A stretch of 64,000 nt of DNA from Antedon mediterranea (lineage: Eukaryota > Animalia > Echinodermata): contig NC_092675.1 of NCBI RefSeq assembly GCF_964355755.1, positions 15,968,912 to 16,032,911 on the forward strand, given 5' to 3'. The notes under the pieces were generated by a model that worked only from the letters and a program-made list of their open reading frames with translations, did no database searches and was not told the DNA's origin. Below, piece after piece: positions 1 through 14,289 of this stretch. The translations under genes were made by a program, and so were the position numbers. The stretch's first letter is position 1; the number at the start of each line of letters is the position of its first letter.

Positions 1-36
1 GTATTTACAATAAGTTCCATTTGACTGTCAATCTAG

Positions 37-40
<4 letters not shown>

Positions 41-91
<51 letters not shown>
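41..91. repeat. (AT)n microsatellite
   Basis: About 25 uninterrupted AT units. Confidence 0.95.
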
Positions 92-94
<3 letters not shown>

Positions 95-629
95 CTGTAA
101 TTCGCTGTCAGATAATCATTGAATTATTATCAAAACAGTCCATCCATACAGTAAAGTTTTTGGTTGTAATACTGTAGGATGCAATTTATTGACACTTGAA
201 GCATCTAGGCTTGATGAAGTGACCCCCAGACTTGACTTTAGCAATAAAATAAACAGTGACAGAAATTAAGTCTGTTTAGTATAATAAAGTAATATTATTT
301 AGACATAATATTTATATAAATTAATTATTTAATAAGCACATCATCTTTTACAGATTCAGTATTTTTTATTTTTCAATTTCAATTGCACAATTATGACATA
401 TCAAAGTATAAATTCTTGTTGTACTTTACTTCAAATACAAAAGTTATTCACTTTCTGTAACAAAAAAAAAATATTTATTCATGTATTAAAACAGAAAGAA
501 ACTTTAATTACAACTCAAAAACCATTGTCTGACAGACAATTTAAGTATTTTTTATTTAAAATACATTTTTCAGGTAAATAATCGTATAGTCAATTTGAAT
601 AACTATTATGTGACAATAACATTACACAT

Positions 630-683
630 TTAAAAACAAATTTAAAATAAAAAATATTTTTCAGGGGGACAATATATCTTTAA
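630..683. mobile_element. Solo right end of the Kolobok-like MITE family seen at 13946-14289
   Basis: ttttttcagggggacaatatatct+ttaa closely matches the right end at 14265-14293 (ttttttcagggcgacaatacatct+ttaa). Confidence 0.6.
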
Positions 684-3600
684 AACTGTTACGTCAACAA
701 AGCGAGCAGCGGTTTTTGTAAGAAATATTTCTTGTTTATTCTCCTTTTTCGAGAACCATCATACTCGAGAACCTTGTTAGATGAGTTGCAAAGTTACCTC
801 ACTGTTCACTTTTAATATCATGCATTATTGGTACCAAACAATAAATGTGTTGATTTGTTAACACTATAGGCCTATTTTACAAACACAATTTTAAAAAGGT
901 ATTAGTTTTATTTAGTAGGCCTATTTTTAAACTATGTTTATTTTAATTATCATGTTAAGTTTGTATTTAATTGTGCTTTTTATTTTGTTGTACTGTTAGT
1001 TACCCATGTTATGATATTGACAATGTGATTCACTTTCGTTGTTCTTTTTGGCGTTTTAAATTGTTATCTGTGACAAACCAAGTGTTTGGCGAAATAAATA
1101 AATTGAATTTAGTATAGTGATTAAGAAGTGTTCATAAATTAATTCAATCAAATTAATTGCATACAATCAAACCTATTTTTATTTTAAACGTATACCCTGA
1201 GTAGCCTGTTTTTTGAAAGCTTTGTTGTTGAATCGAAATGAATAGGTAATTGAATCCATGGTCAACAGTTTATCGGTACATTGTTAAATAATCGTTTTGA
1301 AACCACTTTATCATTGTACATTATTCATAACGAATAGTTTTATTTAATTTTCAAAAACATCAAAATCAGAACAAGTCTAAGGAGGCCTTGTGAAGCCTCG
1401 TGGTACGAAATTCAATCATTAACGCTGTCATGCCGTTCAATTAAATCTTTCTCCATTTACATAAATTAAAAAACGTAACATTATCATGGTCGAATCATTT
1501 AGTCCTATATGTCAACGTATAGAATATGTGTTTTTTTTTATTTCATAGGCCAATTATACGATGTATACAATATTTTATAATTATCGTGCTTATAAACTAC
1601 GTCTCATTTTAGGCTTGGGAAGTGGAGGTGAAAGAGTCATGAGTTACGACTCATGACGCAGGTTATAGGATTCAACCCTGGACCCGTTGGATTGGTTAAC
1701 CATCAAGCTACAGCTCCACTACGTTTAAAGCTCTAAAAAAGTGCAATATGCTTAAAGTTATATGACGTCATCGCGTCCATAAATGGGCACATCACATTTG
1801 TTGTTGTAACATGAAGTTTGATAGTGTAGACAGAGCTTTAACAAAAAAAAAGAATCTTGTTGAGATTTAGTTTGTAAATAGACACAGTTCAAAATATTCA
1901 TTAGGAAATATTGATAACTGTATTTAAAAACATCTATAATAATATTAATCGACCCTTTCTTTTTATGGCTGTTCCGCTAGTGTTTGACAAAACATGTCTC
2001 ATTTGATATTAATATTAGAATAGTAACCCATGATTCAGTGGCTTTGGAATGCATTCTCTTTTATCCCGTACATTTACCGGTCCTTCTATAACTCTGCGTT
2101 AAAGACTTTTAATTTCGCATGTATCATATAGAATCCTACTTTTCTATAGTATATTGATTGACATTCTAAATAAGTATAGGGTTACAGAATAATATTGAAA
2201 GCTTCACACTTTGAGCTATAAAGAAAATAAACTGCTTTTACTTGAACATGAAAGCTTAAGAATGATACATTGTAGTTATGAAAGTGTCTAAGTGTTTCAT
2301 TTCGTAAACTTGGTCATTGACTTGTATTCTTTGTGTTACGTTTTTAATGACCCAAATTTATACACAGAAGAAATACCGGGTCTTAGATTTGCTTGCACAG
2401 CTCTTCCCATCTGCTTTGTTAACGTTTGTAGCCCGGAATTACCTGAGCACACAACCCTAAAGGTAAAAAAAAACAAGGAGTATGGTAGAGTAACCATCCC
2501 TCACAGCTTAATCAGCCTTTGTTCTCTGACGAAATGCCTCCATTACAATTGATACTACAGAAAATAGAGTTTGTCTAAGAAAATTGATTCTGTTAATTTA
2601 GTACTAATGTAAACGTCCCATTGTTGATAAGAATTGCTGTGGGTGACAAGGTTTGAGGATTATTGCCCCGAAGAAATGTCAGATTTGGGTTTGTTCTAAA
2701 TGTACTACTTAATTCAAACATTGGTGTCAAGATTTTTGCTTTCTTTATTTTAATTTCATTTGTTTAAGATGCTTAAACTTTGATCCACAATACATTGTGA
2801 ATTCGGCTTATAGTAATAATTATTGTTTCACCTGACAAATTAAGAAATAAGCACATATACTATTTTAAGGTATTTATTTTAATCTAACATAATGTATTAC
2901 TTTTTAATTCTTCTTACTGGTTACTAATGCAAATACATTGGGTTCTTACCCATTGTCCGTAAATTTAAATAAACACAGGTGTTCAATAAGTTCAATGACC
3001 AACGCAAAAAAAACCACATTTAAAAACACTTAGCAATTTTATACGCAAAGTTATACCACGATTAAATGTTTTATATTATATAAAGCTTTGAAATTCGAAT
3101 TCACTGCAATTGGAATACAACCTTTAGGGGAAGAGTTTCTATAGTGATTCCATATAATTTGATATTATCATAATTATACTTATACACTAAATTCAGATTT
3201 AAATAGTAAGGGTGTATTGGCTATCAATAATGTTTTGAAAAGGCATGCAACGTTTTATATTCATACTGAAATATGGAAATATTCACGAATGACATCGTCT
3301 GAGCCGTGGCATGAATACATAAAAAATAGTTTGTAATATTTTAATACATAAATGACGTAAATTTCGTTAAAAAAAGTTGATAGGCATACGTGATAAAACG
3401 TATGACTATAATAGCATAATACGTGACCAATAAATGCATGTTGTAATATTAGTAAACCAAATATGTAATAAAAAACAGAATGAATCCTAATTGTTAGTGT
3501 GAAAACGAATATTATCAATAAAATTTATAGGTTGGAATAATGATGTAAAATGAGCAATTTTAAAACTATTATTATCTTAGACAATTAACAGCTGATTAAA

Positions 3601-3853
3601 TATAAGTGAGACGAACCCACAAAATACAAAACAAACCAATACATTTGATTGTTTGTTGTTTCTTTCTTGTTGATTTAAGCCAATACTTTTACTTATTTAC
3701 CGATATTTATTTAAAACATAGTACATCATACAATAACTGTTCGTTTATATGAAAACGAAAAAAAAAAAGATATAAAAAATAGAAACAAATACTAAACATT
3801 TTTAATTTTGTTGAACACAGGCCTAAACAAAATAACATTGTATGCACTGTAGG

Positions 3854-3988
3854 TTTTTAGTCGCGTACAAACGCGACTCTACAGCTCACTATTTCGGTCG
3901 GTCGGTCGGTTGGTTGGTTGGTTGGTCGGTCGGTAATCACTAACTCAAATTTGCGCACGCAACTGCAGCCATGTATAATGGCCTTGTT
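3854..3988 (+). mobile_element. HINE/DINE-1-like (Helentron-associated) short non-autonomous element
   Basis: TTTTT start, 8-bp hairpin AGTCGCGT-ACAA-ACGCGACT, internal (GGTC/GGTT)n microsatellite, 3' hairpin GCCAT..ATGGC and CTTGTT end. A second copy lies inverted at 9276-9375. Confidence 0.7.
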
Positions 3989-6900
3989 AATAGTAAACAT
4001 CATATAAGATTTATAGTGAAAAGTAACGCGTAACTGACATTGTCCATGAATCCGTACAGATTTGTTAAAGAAGTTATATTTGACTAACAGATTCAGTAAT
4101 CCTAAATGGGTTTGTAACTTAACTTAACAGTTAACAAAATCAATTTAAAAACAACTTTTCTTTTAACGTAAACATTTACTTAGGCCTAAATCAGATATTT
4201 TTAGCATTGTAGTTTTCAAATCTAATATACTTCTTTTCAGAACTCAATCAAATAATCTGAATTTTGATTGATAATCCAATTACCTGTAACGTTATGGTAT
4301 TTATGTTCTGAATTTAAATTGCCGGTAATTTAAAATTTTCATAAGATTTTCAGATTGCAAAAATGACAGTTGATTGTAAACATGAAATAATTACGTTGAC
4401 ACCCCATTACCTCTCCAAACAAAAGACAAAACACTACATGTTCCACCTGTATTAGCACCTGCTTGTACTGAATTCAAACATGTAGAATTTTAATGCGAAT
4501 AACTCTTAGAAAAAGTTCAGACGAACTCGTCTAACGCAGTTGGAAGCTGTTTGATTGGCGGGTGTCTATTCTACAACAAAATATAGTTAAAAATCAGAAT
4601 AGATTTTAGTTTACTTTGATTTAGGCCTACTAGCTGCTTAAAACATGATCTCGATCATTAACATGCTTCAATATCCCTCCGCCTGTCACGCTGAGGCCTA
4701 ACAGCTAGGCCCATGCAGTGGTTCTATAAACATCATGTTTTAACTATGAATCCTGGCAGATCAGCGGAATCCCCATTGCGATTTATGGACCTAGGCTAAT
4801 GGGCACTCATTTGTTATGTACACTAAAACACGTAAACTGTTAGTATAACCTGGACTCGTACTGTTTCTTAAGTTTGATAAGAGAAACTGGAGATACATAT
4901 TTGTGGAGATAATTTCTTGTCTTGTCACATGTACTATATTTCATATCACTCAAAAGAGTTTAAGATTAAGAAACTCATCCTACTTAAGTCACGTTTCAAA
5001 ACTCTAGTGCTGTATTTATTTCTAAAAATTCAACAGTTTTAACAGTGAGACTAAAGCTTCAGTTACATAAGAAAATATGAAAATACAGTATGAGTAAATA
5101 CGCCATAAGCGCCCTATACAGATACCGTGATTATAATTATAATTAAACTATCAGTTACGGAAACGATGAGAGAACAACATTTCTGCCGCAAGGCAAGACC
5201 TATCAATATTTCCCCAATAATATAATCACCTTTTAAAACTCATCAATGCGCATATGCAACTATGAGTACAAATTAAATGATTTACCAAAAACTGGTAAAT
5301 AAAACAGTATAAATTCTAAGAAAATTATTTATTATTAAATTATAATTTATTTACAAATTTACCGAACGAAATATTTGTTTTTAATACCAATGGCAATCTT
5401 CCAAAGGTTAAAAAAATGTTTGATTAACCATGTATAGAAGGGACACTCTGAAAATCTTCTAAGAGTTTAAAAAGGATAAAATGTTAATGAAAACCACTTA
5501 CTACCAATGTATGAAACACAGCACAAGAGAGATTTAAGAATAATACAACCTCAATTAACCATAACTAACTCTAAACTTTCTAAGTAAAACTTCGCGACTT
5601 TGGGAAAATATATCCCAAAAGGTGCATGACCAACCGCTGCAAAATGTTACAGGAAGCTTGTTTTTGTAAACCACACACATGAGTACTTGACTTTTGAATT
5701 TGCTAAGTGGATTTGTTTGTGTCCATATAGGAAATAAACCTTTCTCCGTGTTATTTCTAAAGGATTTTCTCCTACGGCCAACCTTTCTTATCTTCTAATG
5801 TTATATTCTCAGCATGAAGATAATGACATTTCATGTTTTAAACATTACCTGATAAAAGGTGTACTAACAACATCAAGAAATACACACTAAATTAATTTTA
5901 TAATAATCGATATTCACTTGCAGACGACCTAAAACAAACATATCTAAAATGGCAAGGTTATACAAATATCATTTGAACATGCACCCTTTTCAATTATGTC
6001 TATTACAATTATACTCGGCAGTCGATTATGGTTAAAGATTATCAATTTGATCGACTATGATGGGCCATATTTATAATAATATATAGTTTAATATCACGAT
6101 GATCAAAGAGCAATAAAAGAATCTTTATTAGCTCTGTTGTTTTTTTATTTTGCAGCGATTTTGTAATATATATTTTGAAAAGAAAATAATCATATTGAAT
6201 TGAAGAAAAAATAATTTAAAGTAAAAAAAATAGTCAGCTGTACATCAACTTTTATCCAATCAGGAATCAATAAGAGTATACAGAGCCAATCGCATCCCAA
6301 GAATTCCAAGTACGTCATAACTATTTTAAGAACTGTACAACGTCCTCTTGCGTCAAATTGTTTCAAATTTGATAAACTGTATTTATCAAATTGTCACTAT
6401 ACTTTCGTCCGTACGCTTTCAGCGGTGGCATAAGTTACAGTAAATGAAACATATGACAAATATGAAATAAACATTGCAGAATTATTCCAAATTGATTGGT
6501 TCTTTGCTGCCTTTATTCAACAAATTCAAAACAATTGGGAAATTTCATTTGATGTCATTTCTTTATGTTTTCATATAACAATATAAAAAGAAAATATTAA
6601 AGTCAAGAGAGAACAAAGTAACCCAAAAAGGAAACTGTTGGAAGGCCGTCTGTACACAGTTTTAACAACAAACAATAATACAAAATTATCTAACTGTACA
6701 GTGGCAGTCTAGTAGTGTGTTATTGAAATACGATTCTGGTTAAGTGTACTTATAGTGTACTTTTTATAAGAGGTTCATTAATGATTTTCTCGTAACTTTA
6801 GAGGTCGTGCGTTATTTTATTCGTGATTTTGACAATTCATGTCAACAGTTGTCTAGACAAGAAATGCAATTTCCGTTGTGTCACAAAATATGCATATTTA

Positions 6901-9275
6901 TTAATTGATACTGATGTACGCGCACTGCTACACAATAGAATTAAAATTACTATTTGATTTAAATCTGACGACTCAATCTTCAAAAGTCAGCACCCGTCCA
7001 ATAGATGGACAAGGAAGCAAATTACCCTCCCCGGCAGAAGAAATGATTGAAACCTTACAAAAGCAATTTGTCTCTTTAACCTCTGTCTAATTCATTGTCA
7101 ACGCCGTTAACAACAGCTTGAGGCAGGATGGAGTTACCATCCGATTCCTGCTTAACATGAAAGAGTAATGTTTTCCCTCTCACTTTTTTGACACGTTCAA
7201 GTAAAACAAACGAAGCTAACATTCCAAAAGGAACGGTACCCGGTAACTAAGACCTTGGACACGGCAGGTCGCCATTGACCTAGGGTTTCCTTCTTCCCAC
7301 TCATGCTGGCCTACGATGCTCAGATATGGCATCAGTTAAAAGTTAAGTATACAACTCATGCTGAGGATCATAAAAATTCGATTTCTTGATATAATTTTCC
7401 ATCAATAATAATATTCTTTAATGTTACTTCGACAGTTCTGTAAAATTTCACAGCAGTGCGCCCGCAGTGTGTGATCGGTGAATGTGAAACTACACGATAG
7501 CAATTTCGAACCTGATCAAAATTGACAGTTGAGACAACACAAGAAAATAAACATGAATGATGGCAAAATATATCGATCTATAGGCCCGGAGCACGTGAAC
7601 TTTATGAAATCTACCCGGGGAACAGAGGCGTAATTCACCTGAACAAATTGGGTCATTACTACACAGTGGTCAGTTGCAGTGTTTAGCAATGAGCCTACCT
7701 GTGGTGCTCAGCTATCATACTTACAAACTTACCAATTATAAAATTAGGTAACGTGTCAGATCAGCAAAGAATATTGGTTAACTATTAATATCCAGCTATA
7801 CGAGTTGTTGTCTTGGAGGTTGTGATTACTTTTCAACTGCATGTCCCCCGCTAATCAAATATCGTCTAATCTTTATAAATGTAAATAAATACAATAAATG
7901 AATACAATTTTGTAGTTTTTATTTGTCAGATCATTATGTTTTCATGCGAAAATATATACATATGAATTATTAAAGTCCAGATTTAATCCGAAGGATCTGG
8001 TGGCATTAGTCCACATTGCAATATTGTATTGTAATAATTGTGATTATAGTTTAAACACAATTCTTGTCATCCAAAAACGAAACTGATCAAATCAAACGAT
8101 TGGCCTATCTTTAAATAGTCTGAGAAAACAATTTTTTATTTTTTTTATATTTTTATTATACTGTGTCTCATGTAAGCCTATTGGAATATGAAAACAAGAA
8201 AAATTCGAAAGCACCGAGTGATTTTGATACTGAAGTAATGTGTAAATCTTCTTCTTTTTATGCAAAAAAACACTACCACAAAATGTTGAAAACCTTCGTT
8301 AAACGATACACGGGTTAAAATAGGGTCTCAAAGAAAATGGTTTAGATATTCTATTAAAGAAAACTATTTTTTTTATAGATAGATAAATAGATATATAGAT
8401 AGCATTCTTCTTCTGAACATGTTATTATAAATAATGTATTAGGCCTATTAATATTTAAGCAAAAGCTTGTAGGTATATCAAAGTAAAGCAGACTTTCTAT
8501 GCATTTTCTTACTGACATATAAGTATACGCTAGCAAAAGTTAGTCCAACTTAAGCAAAACTCCGATTTTTGAAAGGCAAGAAGTCCAAAGTTTGCCAGTG
8601 TACACCAGTTGACAAACGTCGGCAAACTGTTTACAAAAATGTACCTTCTTGACATAGGTTTGGTGAGTTATGTAGTCAACGAATTACCTAAAAGTGTAGC
8701 AAAAGATTGATAACATGACAGACCAATTCCCTACAATTGTTGACGTTTTGTAAAAGTAATGCATATATATTACTTTAGTAACATTAAACCAGGTCATTCA
8801 TTGTCTTAAATGTACGTTAATGATAAATTATGATAAAAAGAGAGAAACAATGCACTACCTAAGTAGCTCAATGTGAATGTCCTCTCGTGGACAGTCTTTA
8901 GGCCTGATAAACAGCAATAACGTACAAACATCGTACGCTAATTATAGACATAGCCTGACGTTGTTGCATTAATTGTCTTTCTGTGTTTGCCAGAATACGT
9001 TAATGCAAATTAGGTGAAACCCGGGATTTTGAAGAGTTACGATTCTTCCATTTGTTTTGGCCTTTATGATCGATTGAAACTGGGTGAATTGCAGAAGAAA
9101 AACGCTCAAACCGCGCGGAATGCATGTAGGTATTTATAGCGGGCCGGTTAAATTTTTTAATTCGACTTGTTTTTTTATATTTGTAACCGTTTAAAGACGA
9201 AAAAAGTAATTTCACTACGATCATATAGTATTTCTTTTTACATTAAATGTAGTTTGTGACCTTAAATTAGATCTA

Positions 9276-9375
9276 AACAAGGCCATGTGTACCGACCAAC
9301 CGACCGACCAAACGACCGACCATCCGACCAATCGACCGACATAGTGAGCTGAGAGTCGCGTTGTACGCGACTAAA
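9276..9375 (-). mobile_element. Second, internally shorter copy of the HINE/DINE-1-like element
   Basis: Reverse complement of 3854-3988: aacaaggccat...(ccga)n...atagtgagctg..agagtcgcgttgtacgcgactaaa. Confidence 0.7.
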
Positions 9376-11403
9376 TACGTAGGGAACGGGACTTTAATGC
9401 TCTGTACAGTTTACTATTGACAAAATTGAAAAAGTACAAATTGAAATCTTTTAATAATATTGTTACTTTACTAGCGCCCCCTGTTGTTGTAAAACTTTCA
9501 GCAAAAACACTAAACCAAGAGTAAACAGTTTTAAACAACCAAATTGATATTCTCATGAATCAAACTCCAAGATATATTTAAAAAATATATCTGATTTGTA
9601 AATTGTCAATCATAGGATAAAAACACAATTTAGTACCGAGACGGCAAACTTATTTCCATTGTGGTCCTAAAAAATTAATAAAAACAAATGTTATAGTTTA
9701 CAAGGACCAGCATAAAGTACTCCAAGGGACCAGTAATATTTCAGTTAATTATCATCTATTTTATTGAAAAACTGTGTGTATTGATATACGCATTTTTGGT
9801 GACTTCTTGAATAATCAGAGTGGATGATGTGTATATAATAGTACAAGCAATTGTAACAGAGACGCGCATGCGATGTCGACTGTACGGACGCTTGATTTAC
9901 AAGCGCCAGATGATGATGCATGTAAAGTACAGTATTATGTTTTTTAGTTTGACATAATTATAAGTATTTGATAATGTTAATGAAGGTAAAAGGTTACTGT
10001 ACTGGGCAAAAAAAAAAAAAAGAATTGAGCATGCGCTAAACGATATCATCTAATTTGGTGAACTATATTAGTCACATACTTTGAGCTTGAACGCCTTAAG
10101 ACATACAGAATGTCGTGCTTCAAGGGTGGTACAATGATACATAGAAAAGGTGGAATAAAAACTAAACAGCGCCACTTTCGATAATAATTTTGATTCAGGC
10201 ATCAATTATGAAATAATAATTGATGCCATTTTGCTTGGCAACGCCGGTGGTCTACAAGAATTCCATGCACCAAGTGTCAACCCCATCAAAATTAACCACA
10301 ATATTGTTACATTTTGACAACTCTTGTAGGAGAGAAATCACAGGCGGGGGTCGAGTCAGTCCGCAGGATAGTCTGTAATTCCACCTGCCCGAGACGCCTT
10401 CCTGTAGCCCTTATTAAAACAGAAACATATTTTGACTTAATACAGCCAACACACAATTGAACGCCAATTAGCTTAGCGTTTAATTGAAAAGGGCTATGAC
10501 TCTTAAAACCAAAGGGATACATGCCTACTGATTTCAAAGGTCAGAATACAGCTTCAACTAAGAAAAAACATCTGCAAATAATACTATTGATCACAAGTAA
10601 AAACAATTGGACTGGAAAATCTGTAAAAAGTTAGCATAAGTATTTTTTCGATTCTAATATGGTGTATAGAACTGTGGGGATTGCGGCCACAATCTCTGCC
10701 TATGTTTTTAGTGTTAATAGTTTACATCTTAATAAAGAAAGTAAACCGTTATGCAACCTTATTATATTCAGAAATAAATAGGTAGCATGTGCCCAATGTG
10801 GAGATTTACGAACTTTCCCATATAGTTATCTTGCACTAAACGTCAACAGTCCTTTGGTGTATGCAATTATAGAAATAATTAGTAACAAAGTACTTGAAAA
10901 AAGTGTTGACAAATCATGTTGAGTAGACAAAAAGAGAAGATCATAAAGAGGTCTGACGACAGAAAGTAAGAGGGGAAGATACAATAATAGGAAATTTGAC
11001 AGAAAAAAAAACACGGCATTTAGTAGGCATGTAGGTTAGATAGACTTTTGACATTTGTCAAGATGTTTAACAAATGTTGCAATCTTTTTGGTCTGTAGAT
11101 TATTAAGAACATGGGCAAGCAGGAGCTAAGCAGGACTCCGAATCTGGAAAGGGCAAATGTCACTATGATGGCAAAAAGTTAAAGTTGCAACAGTAGATCA
11201 TGTAACGTAATATGCGCAGTATCAGTGTTTGATAATGAGAAGATGAATTAAATCATAGAACGTTTTGTTGTGCGTTCGGTTTTGACGGATAGGCATAGAA
11301 ATTTAATCTCAGCGATTAATATTATGAAATTGCAAACTTCCGTTGCGTAGTTGGATGTAAATGCTTGACGACGTGGGAGGCAAAATTTGTTTCTGTTGCA
11401 CTT

Positions 11404-12013
11404 TGTATCTAGGGTCAGGTTTAACATAACCGATACAGTAGCATTCGACGTATCATTTTGTACCTCCATTGGTGGAACATAATTACATTTCGATTGAGAA
11501 TAAGTGGGGTAACATCTTCTTATAGAACAACTCGTTAGGACCCCGTAGTTAGGAAATTATTACTGGACGTCGATTAATTAAGGCGCATTCAATAACTAAA
11601 TTGTTATTATCCAAAATAATGCTGTCACGCATCAATCAAAATCCTATATTATTATTAACTTTTATAATTTACTTGTTACATGAATACTCCAGAATCTACA
11701 ACATGAATCTATAGTAATACTGTGGACCTGTTGGAATAAAAAAAAGTGGAAAACCGTTTTGCAACGAGTTCTCTTCACTAACGAATTATAATTTGTTTGC
11801 TCGATAAAGAACTATTATATGATACAAGTATTACAACTGCAATTAATTACAATGATTAAAAACGTTAATTGTATTAAGCACGTGCGCACAAAATTAAGTT
11901 GATCATTTTTACCATTACTGGGCGATAGATATATCTATCCGATTATCAATGCTGTATCTAGGGTCAGGTTTAACATAACCGATACTGACGTAGCATTCGA
12001 CGTATCATTTTGT
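11404..12013. repeat. ~58-bp dispersed direct repeat (11404-11461 and 11954-12013)
   Basis: tgtatctagggtcaggtttaacataaccgatac..gtagcattcgacgtatcattttgt occurs twice, about 550 bp apart. Confidence 0.8.
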
Positions 12014-12583
12014 TTTTGTGATAAGTGAGTAATGCAATTTCCAGTTTATTTGACAATAAAAGTTATCTGTATCCATGTATCTGTTAATGTATCTTCACAT
12101 ATCTCATGTGGTGTCTGTATCATATAATGGTAGGTGAAAGGTATGTTAATGGTCTATAATTCTATGAAATTTCGTTTCATACTGGAAAAACCTAAATACA
12201 GTACAAATATCGGGTATGTAGGTCTATATCAAGAACAAATATTATGCATTTTTCACTGATTCAGATAACTTGATTTTCATTCTTCCGGCACTATTGCAAT
12301 GTTTCTAGATAAATACAACTTCGAAGATTTTGACAGAAAACATATTCAACGACCTAAAAGTAACTGTTACTACTCCATAGTAGGCCTATTGCGTTCACAC
12401 ATACGTATTGCAGATGTTGCGTGTGTAAGGTAAATAGTTTTGTAACTGTTAACATTCATCTAATTATTTGTAGAAATATCATACAAGTTTATTTATATTT
12501 TAGGTATTAGTAGCACATAATGTTATTCTCATTTATTATCAATATTCTATTATCAACTTAAAAGTCAAAGGCTACCATGAAAC

Positions 12584-13023
12584 CTCTTTAGTACTCATGG
12601 GTGGGCTTCTCTTCAAGATGGGCTTCTTTTCGAGATTACTTTTGCAAACTTTTTTTTCTAAATAATTTCTATAAATGTTATGAATTGCTGTATACTTCAA
12701 CATAGAGATATTATAGTAAAGTAATTATATCACTACGACTACAATAATAAGATTTTGAGACATTACCTGACATTTTGATATATTTGTGATCAAAATACCA
12801 TTTTAAACTGTAAAATAAATGTAGGATATAAACTCGATCATACATTATAATTATCTGAATAACAAGTTATCTGGCAATAAATCAGATTTATTTCTTTAAT
12901 ATTCAAATAGTCTATCTCTCGAAAAGAAGTCTACTTTCATACTATTTTGAAAATACCAAAGGGTGGGGCTTCTTTTCGAAACGGGCTTCTTTTCGAAAAG
13001 AAGCCCACGCATAAACTATAGGG
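12584..13023. mobile_element. Degenerate MITE with imperfect terminal inverted repeats
   Basis: Left ctttagtactcatgggtgggcttct versus right agaagcccacgcataaactatag; the GGGCTTCTTTTCGA motif is reiterated subterminally. Confidence 0.55.
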
Positions 13024-13945
13024 AATTTAAAATATCTTTTATTTTCGAGTGGCCAGATGAAACCACCGACTAAAGTTGCAATACCGTAAATACCAATGTT
13101 TATAGGTATAAATACATTTCAGTAACACACAACAGTGATATACATGTTATTCACATTTCAGTATTTTCTTTAGTTATCAGAAATGCTCAGAAACAGTCGG
13201 ATCCAATTAGAACTGTTGCTGATTTTTACATTTTACTTCTCGATAATTATAAAAAAAATAAATCATTCCACAAACAATCCTCTTACTTTCTCACAATACA
13301 AAAATACGGAGTGATTAGAAACCATCAGAGCACATGGAGTTATACTTAATGTATTTAAGTTGTTACTGACATGAACTTTTATTGTAATTGTTATCATTTG
13401 CAGTATGAATCGTCCCAAGACGCAGCAGTATATTCGCATGTAATTCAGGATAAATTGGAATTTTGGAATTCTTCACTGAGCTGTGTTTCCCCATTGCGTA
13501 GAAGACATCACGTATTACACATGTAGAATGCATGGGAAAGTATACATATAAGAAGTTAGTGTGTAGTAAACCCTACGGGACGCCGATTGGGTAATCAAAA
13601 ATATATTGATGTGAAATAATAACAATTAAATATTGTTTCTATTATTAATTGTTTTGTAAGATTACTTTCATTTTACTCAGACATTTGGCAACCTGACGTA
13701 TGATATTTAAATTCAATCCCTAATATTAAACGGGATGTCTGGTGGACTTTACGTTTAAACTGTACAAATTTAAAGCAAAAGGTTAAATACTTCAGTTTAT
13801 GAAAACAATACACTGTATAAAAATATATCGTATTAAAGCATATGATCTAACTAAACTAATTAAACATCCATAAAAACCCGATATTCCTTACATTTACAAT
13901 GCTATATATTATACTATTATACTAGATCCGGCCTGATTCATTTAA

Positions 13946-14289
13946 AGATGTATTGTCCCCCAAAAACATGAAAAATGAAGATTAATTAAATCAGATTTTT
14001 AATAGGCTATTTTGTAGTTTTAATAAAATTAATCACTTTCGCAGAAAAAACCCAAAAAAAAGGAATGTTTTCCCTTATAAAATGACAAAATAAATGGTTA
14101 AATTCAACCAAAAATCCATTGACTGGCAGCCAAATTGACTATTTTTTGCTTTAATTTACAGTTTTTTTTCAGTTAAATACATGTTTTTTGATCTATTTTT
14201 TGGCCGAAGTGGATAACTATTATGATATTAAAATGGCTTATTCAACAAAAACATTTAAATAATTATTTTTTCAGGGCGACAATACATCT
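13946..14289. mobile_element. Kolobok-like MITE (344 bp)
   Basis: TIRs AGATGTATTGTCCCC / GGCGACAATACATCT flanked by a TTAA duplication (13942-13945, 14290-14293). RR...YY ends with a TTAA TSD are typical of Kolobok. Confidence 0.75.

Noticed and set aside
690-1110. Possible decayed LINE 3' end
   Set aside because: T-rich tract and an AATAAATAAA end only; too degenerate to support.
1605-1700. tRNA gene or tRNA-derived SINE (hairpin GTCATGAGT-TACG-ACTCATGAC, B-box-like GGATTCAACCC)
   Set aside because: No cloverleaf, weak A/B boxes and no second copy in the window.
5380-5960. Possible old LINE RT remnant on the minus strand
   Set aside because: Only a coding-like texture; I could not reconstruct a diagnostic motif.
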